From positions 310,001 to 374,000 of the forward strand of contig CAJFCJ010000030.1 in assembly GCA_904063045.1 (NCBI GenBank): DNA of 64,000 nt. Direction: 5' to 3'. Of the stretch, positions 53,808 through 64,000 are shown one piece after another. Below the pieces are notes generated by a model. The model worked only from the letters and a program-made list of their open reading frames with translations, was not told the DNA's origin and searched no databases. Within the stretch, counting starts at the first letter, position 1; each line of letters opens with the position of its first letter. This stretch comes from Dimorphilus gyrociliatus. Its lineage: Eukaryota; Animalia; Annelida. A program made the position numbers and the translations under genes.

Positions 53808-56800
53808 TTAAACAAAAGTCGTTAAAGCTCCGGGTTTTCCATTTCTTGTATGTTGAATAATTCCGTTTTCTGGTTTTTCCTCTTTTCCAATATATAAACC
53901 TATGAATGAACCATCTTCGAAATATTTTGATGAGTCAGCTTCTTCATACTCAGAATCTGAGTCAGAAATATGTGTTGGAGCTGGGCCTAATGAATCTCCT
54001 CTTTGATAAAATGATGGAGGCGATGTTCTATATAATAAAGAAAAGTTTTAGTTATAAAAACTCATCAGTCTATCGTTGATGAATGCCTAACCTAGTTAAG
54101 AATGATTCTGTATCGCTTGCATTTTTCGGTGGGCATATACCATTTTCTTTCTCTTTTTCTTCTACTATAAAAAAAATGAAAATTTCTTTATGTCGAACTA
54201 TTTCAAACATATTCAATTTAATTCTAAAAGTTTGTCAAGTTACCATGGTATTTGTGTTCCTTATTATAATATCTCAAGCCCACAACGGCAACAACAATAA
54301 CCAAAGCTAAAATGGCACATATAATACCGATAATTAAAGCTGTTCCTCTTGCTCCAGTTACAGCATCGTCTGTAAAAAAAAAAGGAAAAAAAATAGAAAA
54401 TAAAAATACTTAGGATAAAAGAATGAAGGTCATCGTTTAAAGGGGGGAAAAAAGTAATCGGATTTTGGTCTTTTCTCCCGTTAGATTTAGAAAAAAGCGG
54501 TGAAGCATTGTAAAATACGTGCTATTCTCAAGAATTTTATTGAAATGAAATGGAAAATTTATTAATAAATTACATAAAAGCAGATTGAAGCATACTAGAA
54601 TATATATTTAGTATATATCTATATATAGTATATACTATATAGTATAATTATATATATATATATATATAAATATATATATATGTATTGTATAGTATAATGA
54701 GTCAATTTTAACTCTCAACCACCCTTTCTATACTCCATTATCGCTTCTTCCCAAATCTTATTTTATTATTTATTTTTAGAGAAGGTTAAGAATTAAGAAG
54801 AAAAAAAAACTAAGCTTTTTCTTTACCTGCCAACTTAAATATCTCAAAAGTTCCATTCTCTATTTTTGAAAAAAAATACTTAAAATAAAAGAAAAAACGA
54901 AAAGTTTGAATTAAAAGTAAAGGAAAAATAATACTACAAAATTATAAAGAATCATAGTTTGTTGTTTAATAGATAAATCAAAAAAACAGGGAAAAATTAA
55001 TCAAATAATATAAGATAGGTAAAAAAAACAAGTGGAACAAGATTAAGATAGTAAACGTCTTTCTTTCTTTCTTACCCCTGCCACCCATACTCTCTCTCTT
55101 TCTCCTTCTTCTTTTATCTATTTCTTTCTTTCAATCTCTTTCTCTCTTTTTCTTTTCTTACTCTCTCATTCTCTTTTATATATACATATAAATATTTCTA
55201 TTTACTTATCCTACTCATTCTTCCATTTTCACAATCAAAAAGTAAAGAAGAGACTTTATGATAAATTAAACGTCAGCTCAGAAAGGTTACGCATACCGTT
55301 TGGATCAAGGGAAAATGAATCTAGTACAGGCGTTGTTTGAAAATCTTTCTGACCGGAAGTCATGCCAACTGTTGTTGGTTTTAAAACTTTTTATAAACAG
55401 TTAATATTATGCATTTAATATGAGAAATTGTTGGTGTTTAATGATCTTTCAATGGTATTTAGTCATCGACCGAAGACAAAAGCTACGTTTTTAATTGTTG
55501 ATCTATGTTAAGACGACGGAGTAACGTTAATTAATTAGCTACAAAAGTGTATTACTTACTTCTTACTCCTAAAAGAAAAATTACTGTTTCCGATTCGATG
55601 CTGTTGAGAGGAGTAAAGCTTTCTCCATTAAGTCGGCCGATGTAACCTTTTACTCGGACAATATAATCAATTCCTTCTTCCAAATTGTTTATATATATTG
55701 TATTTTTTCGAAAGACTATATTAGTTTCATTCCAACGTGTTACGTTCACTTTAGAATCGTAAATGTTGAATTCTGCCTTAAAATGTAGAGGCTGAACACC
55801 CTTATCTTCCTTTTGAAATATCCACACAACTTTAGCAGTAGAGCTATTGACCTCTTCCACTTCAACTATTGGTTTTCTTAAGGGGATGTTACTACTAGAA
55901 GTGCGTAAGTTGTAATCCGTTTTCGGACCTTCGATCGGATTCTGCGGCCTGGTAGTTGGTATTAAGGTTAATTCGTAATCGGTTTCCTCTTCAATGCGAT
56001 TGGAGCACACGAATTCATTCACGTCAGGTTCAATAGACAGCGAACATAAACAATTAGTATCCCTTTTTTTTCTTAAACAAACTTCGGTACTAGAAGCAAT
56101 ACCGTTTAATTTCAATGGTCTCCCAAAAGAGCATTGAACATAGAAAGGAGCTATGTTTAAAATAAAAAGTTCTAGTTAACTTAAAATGAAAGATGTATAC
56201 AAATATCTTACCTGTTTTGCATAAAATAGAATCGTAAGGTATTTGTGAAGGAGCACTCATAGGAGTGATTAATTTCAAAGGTTCACTTTCAGGATTGACT
56301 TGACCTCTACTATTCTTCGCAAAAACAATAATTGAACTGCGAGTGAACGGTTTTAGATCATTTAGTGGGATTTCGATAAAGGACGGATATTTTTGAGAGG
56401 ATACATCTCTTGTTCGTCGGAATGTGAAATCTGAGGGTCGACAAAAGATAGGCTCTTCCATCTTGTAAACAAAATCCTCTATTTGCCCCGAATCGTCATT
56501 ATAAATCACTCTTACAACGTATTCAATTAGGAAGCCCTTAAATTCACTGTGAATCTCTTCAGCACTTGTTCCGAGTGTCTTAATACGAACACCAAATTGA
56601 TCTATGTCGTCAGGGTTTATTACCTTCACATTAGTTATTCGAGAAGTAGGAGGAGGTTTACCCTCACTGCTAAACACCTCCATAACTTGAGAATTTTCAT
56701 CCGATAGACCGAATTCGTTTTTAGAGACTACTTCTACGAGATAGGTTTGAAATATTTCCGCTGGTTTGAATGTATAAGATTCTTTTCCATATTCGACAGC

Positions 56801-59800
56801 AGATGCTACAACGCTGTGAGATTTCTTTATCCTAAGGATATACTCGAAATTTTTCCCTCCAACTGCCCTGTAGTCAATTCCTTTCCATTTTAAAACTAAA
56901 GTTCCAGGTTCGCCATTTATACTACACAAATTTGTTGGGTTGGCAGACGGGGCAGTATATTTTACAGTACAACCAACAATTTCATAGGGCTTTGATTCCC
57001 CATATATGTTAACAGCAACAACTTTTATCTTTATATGAACACCCGGATATAATTTACTTATTGTCTTCAACTCTCCATAGTTCCCTTTATGAAAAGTTTC
57101 CCTTTCGTCTAAAATTTCCCATGGATCGTCCTCGAGCGATATTATTTCGGTTACCTTGTAGCCAATCAGATCTGCACCATTACTCCGACCAGCCTCCAGC
57201 ATTAGATTAATTCTTCGTCCACTCGAGCATCCACTCATTTTAAGGCCTCTTATGGGAGAGGGTCTTCCAATAACCCCCAACTCCCAAGATGCGGTAGCCT
57301 GATCCATTGCTGAAAATACTTCACACCTGTATTTTGCTGTGTGGTTTATGTTAACTTCAGAAAACACAAGCGTATCTCTATCAAACTTGGTTTTACTTAG
57401 AAAAATATTATTATCATATTCCATTGGTTCGAAACTGCTTCTACCATCTTCTAATCTACTCCATTTGATTCTTATCTTGTCTTCTAATGCCCTATCAATT
57501 GATATTTGACAAACAATCTGCTTCATGGTTTCGTTCTCCATAAATTTTAGGTCAACTTTATCATTAACAATATGAGTTCTTGAAAAAACAGTCAGCTTTC
57601 GTACATTAACATTAGACCCGTGTTTGTTAGAAAATTCGCACAAGTAAGCTGCATAGTGATCTTTTTTTGCATCTTTAATTAATAATGTTGAATTAAATGC
57701 GGGAACATTCCCTATTTCCGTTCCATAGACATTCGTTTCGTAATGTAAACTGTTGAAAATCTCCTTATCAACGTCCAAAGAATAAGGATCAATAGGCTCG
57801 TCTAACTTGTATTTATACCATCTAACAACGGGCTTAGGAAAACCATAAGCAGCGCACGAAAAGAGGCTATTTTGTCCGACAAGGATTTCTGAGTGGTTTT
57901 TTTCAGACTCAACAGCAGTTGGTGTTAGTCTTAATACCCTTAAATGTACGTTTTTAAATACGTGTCCATATTCGTTAGAAGCATTGCATTGTATCATGGT
58001 TCTATTAGGTTTAGTGACTTTCTTAAGAATCATTTGTGTATCATCATCCTTTAGTATCACTCTTCGTTTGTCGACTGGTTTACCGTTAATTAACCAGGTA
58101 ACTTTTGGTTTAGGTGTACCATTTGCTTTACATTCAAATTTTACGTGTTCATCCTCGTCGTAAACGGTCTGACTTTTAGGTCCACTGTCGATCCAGGTAG
58201 GTTTACTAACCATCGCTACGCGATATTTCACTTCGCTATAGTGTCGATTCATTCTCGCCGAACATGTATAAGTTCCAATAAAATCACTGCCAAACCGAGA
58301 AATTTTTAACGTTCTGTTAAATTTACCTCTTTTAACTAGGCGTGAATATTTGACGTCTCCTGGTGTCGACCATCGTAATTCTAGAGCTGATGTATCACCT
58401 CCAAATATGCATGTTAAAGTGAATGGTTCTCCTTCCACTGCTTTCAGTTTATTAACGGACTCTTTAGGGTATAACCTTTCTAATTTTGGGATTATTTTAT
58501 CATTCATTTCGTCTTGATCAACATAGGTATCCCAAGATGTTTCGAAAATACCGCCAAAACAGCAAGGTGGAGTTGGTAGTAGGCACCCCACTGAAAGATT
58601 TTCGAATGCTTCCAAAATATACAATTTATCTGCAAAATAGATTAAGAATGTAGGTCTACCGTAAATCTTTATTTGTTTATTCGACAACATTCCAACTAAG
58701 AAATTAATGATAAAAGACTTAAAGAGTTTTATTTGCAATTACTTTGTTCACGCTTATAGTACAAATACATCACCCTATAATCGTTTGTTTATACTAGCTG
58801 TGATTAATACTATGTAATAAAGCAAGAATGTTGCTTTCTGGTGCATAAAACTAGTTTGCCTTCTGCATAACCAATTAGAACTGTATAATATACTGTTTCG
58901 TTCCGATTGAAGGGTTGTTGACCTCGTTTTACGACTACTAATTTCTTAAACAAAAACCTTAAATGTATTTTTATGTTTTCTCCTTTTTCCTTTGTTCTAA
59001 ACTTAAAACAATCAAACCATAATAAACTCTTATAAACAAATAAGTAAATTTATATGATTATATATAATTTTCGACAGAACTCTTACTTTTCCCAAAGTAA
59101 ATACAAAAAGAAAAGCAATATGGTAAAAGCTTCATAGAAATCTTGGCCCTTTATACTGTTTTTTCTGTGTTTTTTTCCGTATATTTTTTGTTTGAAAGTG
59201 TTGAAAAGTAATAAGGGAAAGGTGAAAAAAACACTATGATTACTTTACCTTCAAATACGTGAATACTATCATTTTTTTCCATGGCAGTTCTACTACCGGT
59301 TTTCCTCCATTCAGGTATTAAAGTTGGGGGAAAATCTCCAAACTTTCCCCTAGTTGAACAATCTAATACCTTGGCCGTTCTAAATGGAATATCAACCTGT
59401 TTACTCTGGAACTGATTACGGGCAACTGTGGATAATAAAAGAAAGGGCAAAATGTACAATTTTACCGTAATTGCTAACGCGCCGTTTTTAATTAACTTAC
59501 CATAAGTATGAACATAATAACTATTAGATACGGCGGAACCTTGTTGAGCTTGGGATGCTTCGCATTGATAAACGGCAAATGGTTCCTTAGGTGTAATTTT
59601 AAATTTTCCACCACCTTTTAGAATTTTACTTGAAGGTTCGGGATTTCCATTCTTTAAAAGACGAACGCTGTTAAGGATAATATCAAAGTTAGATAAGTTT
59701 TATCTTAGCAAATTTTTACATGATCATATCAAACCTTGGCGTTGGATACCCGGAAGCTCGGCAAAAAATCGTAAACGATTGATTATTTTGGATTACAACA

Positions 59801-59870
59801 ATTGAACCTTGGATATTCATATTCGATTGATTCCGGGGGCGAAAATAATCGATTCTTGGGGGTCTGAAAT
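53808..59870 (-). CDS. Nrg/L1CAM: L1CAM/neuroglian-family adhesion molecule: 6 Ig, 5 FN3, TM and ankyrin-binding tail. Exons 59870-59735, 59667-59501, 59425-59249, 58629-56212, 56150-55560, 55386-55297, 54369-54244, 54164-54092, 54027-53808; signal-peptide exon not found
   Basis: Ig motifs include CRASGYPTP, YQCEAS, FECKANGTPKP..WLING..IQCNASNEYG and CAAYGFPKP..W. FN3 repeats follow. TM LIIGIICAILALVIVVAVVGL. The tail has EDGSFIGLY (FIGQY-like) and ends TTFV* (PDZ-binding-like). All exon junctions are phase-compatible. Confidence 0.9.
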
Positions 59871-62800
59871 CTGCAAAGAAACAAAAAAAAAGATAAAAGT
59901 GAGTGGGGTTAGCAGAGCAAAGATAGTTTTGGGAAACTGTTACTAGATCTCATTTATCAAACCCTTCGAGTTAATGTCTGGTATTAATTCAGGACTGTTG
60001 CGGTACGCTGAAGATAGATTTCTCTTTGGCGGGAAAAAGTATGTCAAAATTCAACTAAAAAACCATATTTTATAGTTCTAATGAGAGGAACAGATGTAAG
60101 AGGTGAAGGAAAGTACTTTTATAAATCTGTTTATGTATTATTCTAGCACGCAATATCCTTATTATATACCCTGTGTTAGAAAAGTATTAAAGGCGTTTTA
60201 TTAAACTTCTCGCTAGGGGGCGAAAACTAGGTAACAATCATACTAATATATTGTTAACGCCTTTATAAATATATTACACTAATAGTCTTGTAGTAAAGGA
60301 GGTCGTTAACTTAAGACCATTGCCGCCCATTAATTTCGCTAATCTACTAAACGTTTTCAAAATTAGGCGGAAGAATCTTCTAATTAGGTTTTATATCGTT
60401 AATTAATGCCTTCCTCTTGGGTTCGCCCCGCCTTCTATTATTTTCTTTTTACCGATGAAAAGCGTTGGAGCACAATGTTCCGAATCACGGTCCAGTACAT
60501 TTGTCCAATTCCAATATATATACTGTATATTGTGTACATATCCTCAAATATATATTTGCAGTATACAGCGAAGTTTTTTCCCAATAGGGGGCGTAAAATC
60601 TTTTCTTTTCCGATTTTCTCTAAAGCAAAGGCTTGCTCAGCGACTGTTTGTAATTTAAGTTTGTTTTCTCTCCGGGATGTCTACAAGTTCCTATTTGTAG
60701 CTATCCATCCAACCCATTAAGGTTAAAATAAATACAAACGATTGAGTATGGGGAGTTCGAGTAGCAAAACTTAGAGTTGGATAAAATTAAGAAAAAGAAC
60801 AAAGAATTTCCCGCCAATATTTGGATATCGCCTTATCCGAGGCAGATCAACTTTGTTTAACGGTTCTTACATTATTTACAACCGTCGATTAGATTTGTAT
60901 CGGGGAAAAACTGAGAAACTTAGGGAAAGAAAGATTTTAGTATACTATCCTCGAAAGACCTGAGGCACTAGAAAGGCCTATGAATACTAGGGTCATTAAC
61001 GTAAGGTTTATCCGTAAATCTGTAAATATCTGCGAACGACCATTAACACATAATGAAATACAAACAAAACAACATTTTTACGGATTATTAGTATTTTGCA
61101 GTTGTTGCACGAGAAACAGCTGCAAGGCTCCTATCTCTTTCTATTTTCCTTTCAATCTCCGTTCCCTGCCGAACATTCTTTTCAAGGGGGCGTTAAATGG
61201 GCGGTCCTCGTTTAAAAAGTGCAATAAAGTCCCGTTCCTTTTCGTTACAATGATTCAGAGATGAAGATTGTAAGAAAAGATAACATTTTCTTTTGTTATT
61301 AAACTTTAGCGTGATCTAAAGAATCTAACAGCATAAAGACAAGTCTTATAGCTCCCAGGATATTTCTGTCGAAAATTAGACCAATATAAAAGGAATAGTA
61401 AAAATTGGGAAAATTGATCATTGCCCTGTATGTGGGAATATATCGCTAATGACTCGTTGACCAGGGGAGGAATAAATAAAGGACTATTGTGCCGACATTT
61501 TGGACGAAAATCATATATATTTGTCTAATTTACAGTTAGCCCCCGTTTCAGCTAAATAATACCCCGGATGTTGGGCGAGAGAATGACCATTCCCACCCAT
61601 AAATTCAATTCTTCAGCCGGAAAGTTTCGTTATTGTTTTCGCTAGAGCGGCAAAGAATCCCCTAAATGACGGCAATGGGAATCCTTTTTACTTTTCTCTT
61701 ATGCTTTCGCATTTTCTCTTTCTCTCTCTTTTTTTCTCTTTGACCCGTTGCCTCACCTTCTATCTCCCTCCAGCACCCTACCTCTTTTGCCAACTTCCCT
61801 GATTACAAGCATCAAAGAAAATAACTAGAATCGTTATTTTCAACTACACTGCACCTTTCTAATACGATGTTACTAGAGATTGATCACGTGATTACATTTT
61901 TTCTAGCAGTTCATGGATCTTCCGATATTGATAATGTAGTAAAATTTACTTTGTGCACAATATATATTATTTATAAAAGTAATACATTTCGCCCTATAAG
62001 GTAGTTTTGGGCCATTTTGAGAAGAATATAGAAAATTATTTGCGTACTTTCGGGTGGCTGGAGCGACAACAACGCTATGATTGACCAGGCGTAGTCAATG
62101 GCAACGTTTTTTTTTCTATCCCTTAAAATATAGTTAGAACCCGATGATGGATACGAATAGATAGGTGAGAAATATGAAGAAAGAAGAAGAGAGAGGAGAG
62201 AAAAGTACTCAATTCTTTCTAGAATCGAGTGTTGTGTCCGACATCAAACCTACAGCTGTGCGGTATTCGCGAGAAAGAGTGAAAGAACTTCCGGACCGCG
62301 CCTAAATAAAGAACCCTTATAAGTCACTCATTTAGAAGAAAAATATTGTTGAGAGAGGGAGGGAAGCAGAGAAGTATAATGAAAGATAAAGAAAATAAAA
62401 AAGAGCAAAAATTAAAAAGAGAGAAATAAAGTTAAAAGGGAAAAATTGGTCGAAAAAAGAAAATCATAATTCAGCATCTGTCGGTGTCAAACTGGTCAAA
62501 TGGACGCTTCTGTACAACTCGCATCATTTTATAGTCAAAACGTCATTTGTCATTGTGCAAAGTAGATTTTCAAAGGGCTAGCGTGCGGGAGACGATTTTC
62601 CGAGTCACTAGGTAATAGTCACTCTCTATATATGACGGTATTAAATTAGATTTACGGGGACGAGGACATCTACAACTGGACGTTGATTAATGGCAGCCAA
62701 TTAGGAAAACTTTTTGTGAACCCTAAAAGGGTAGTCACACTGTTGTCAACCGACTGTATTTAATCTATGCGTGAAATCCTAATTAGATCGGGACATATGG

Positions 62801-64000
62801 TTGTGTTTTTTTTTGGAAATATTATAATTGTTTTTAGGGGTATAGGGAAGCGTTTATGCGTTTTTAATGCTTAGCCCAGGGGCCGACTTGAAAATGAAAT
62901 AGGCTGGAAAAAAACTATAATGATTTTAGCCTAGGGACTTTCACACTTGTTTTTCTATAGAATCATTCCGTTTGCCACTACCTGTTGGGCTGAAGATGAA
63001 TTGGTTAAAGATTCGTTACACCTTTAAATAAAAAATTACAGTTCTAAAGACGCGCATGCGTAAAAATTAAAATAGAAGGGGTATTTAAGAAAGGTAAAAA
63101 AATTGAGGAAGAAAAGAAAACTAGAAAGGGAATATTTATCTCCAAATAAGACCCTCGACCTAACCCTCCCAACCCCACCTATTCCCTTATCTTAACTAGG
63201 CCTTAGCCCGCTCCTGCGTTAAAGAACATAAAAAAAAAAGTAGGCCCTATTGGAATAAAAGAGTTATAACAGTTTAATTATCGGGGTAAAATGTTCCAAG
63301 TACTATAATTTAATTTTTTTTTACCGCCCCGAGACGGAATCCTTACGACTAGTCGACCTTTTGATACGCCCTTTTCCCTTGTTCCCCTTTGAGAAAATCG
63401 TGTCAACAAAAGAACGCCTAATAAACTACAGTCACTGCTTAATTAGAATCGTAGTGGCAAAACGAGATAAATGAAATGCCCTGCCCAACAAATAGGATTG
63501 TTCTAATGAAATTTCTGGCTGTGTCAAACCGACCAGTTAATCGGAAAAAGTCGACACTGCAAAAATGTATACGGACAGAAGGAAATAAAGAAAGGAAAAT
63601 GAGAAATATGATATTCAACCTCGACGTTACCTCTCCCACAAACCCAGAACTTTTCATCTGTTCTTCCCTATGCACCCTGCTCCCCACCCCCTGTCAAGCG
63701 TTATCGATAGATGCCACTTTTAAACGCTTCGAGTATGTTTTTGTTTGAAAATAAAAGAAAAATAAATTAGTTGATCCCACGAGCACTTTTATCGCAAACA
63801 ATTCGTTTCAAAACAAGGTGAAGAAAGAAATAAATCACCAATATGTAAAAGAAAAAGTTTGTCCGTAAAGGTCATTTATCAGCAACTAGTCATGCTGTAA
63901 ATTAAGTAGGCCTGCGAACAAAATAGGGATACGCGATTTTACTCTGAGAAATTAATTAGCATATACCAATACATTGAAACCCATAGAGACTTCCCCGTAA

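Noticed and set aside
60406-63748. ORFs of 67-104 aa near the window end
   Set aside because: No family motifs. None gives a hydrophobic leader with the phase-1 donor required by the L1-like gene.
1-64000. CRISPR arrays, rRNA/tRNA genes, transposase or reverse-transcriptase ORFs, prokaryotic defence systems
   Set aside because: No regularly spaced direct repeats, RNA-gene signatures or transposon coding motifs were seen. The window is intron-containing animal DNA.

Overview
AT-rich (about 70%), compact eukaryotic DNA with many introns of about 55-100 nt. The gene families present (Serrate/Jagged, L1/neuroglian, ABRA, SUEL+CUB receptor, hillarin/KY-like) point to an invertebrate bilaterian, probably a lophotrochozoan such as a small-genome annelid (inference). 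I spliced 11 protein-coding genes by hand, using GT/GC-AG sites, phase compatibility and family motifs. In order: DHRS11-like SDR (+); a KY/hillarin-like protein with a C-terminal dynein-stalk/MTBD-like domain (+); a SUEL-lectin/CUB/CCP single-pass receptor (+); a secreted C-type lectin (+); a class A peptide-type GPCR (-); an EGF-repeat receptor tyrosine phosphatase (+); a shortened Serrate/Jagged (+); a CARD-like protein (+); an orphan secreted Cys-rich protein (+); ABRA/STARS (+); and an L1CAM/neuroglian-like protein (-). I found no rRNA, tRNA, CRISPR array or transposase. The best leads are: (1) a dynein microtubule-binding-domain-like module on a non-motor, transglutaminase-like scaffold; (2) many TA-CAG-TA/TA-CTG-TA motifs resembling Tc1/mariner excision footprints; (3) a stop-interrupted signal-peptide exon that would place the GPCR inside the phosphatase gene; (4) a CARD plus TRADD-N-like protein. 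All domain calls come from recalled family motifs, not database searches.
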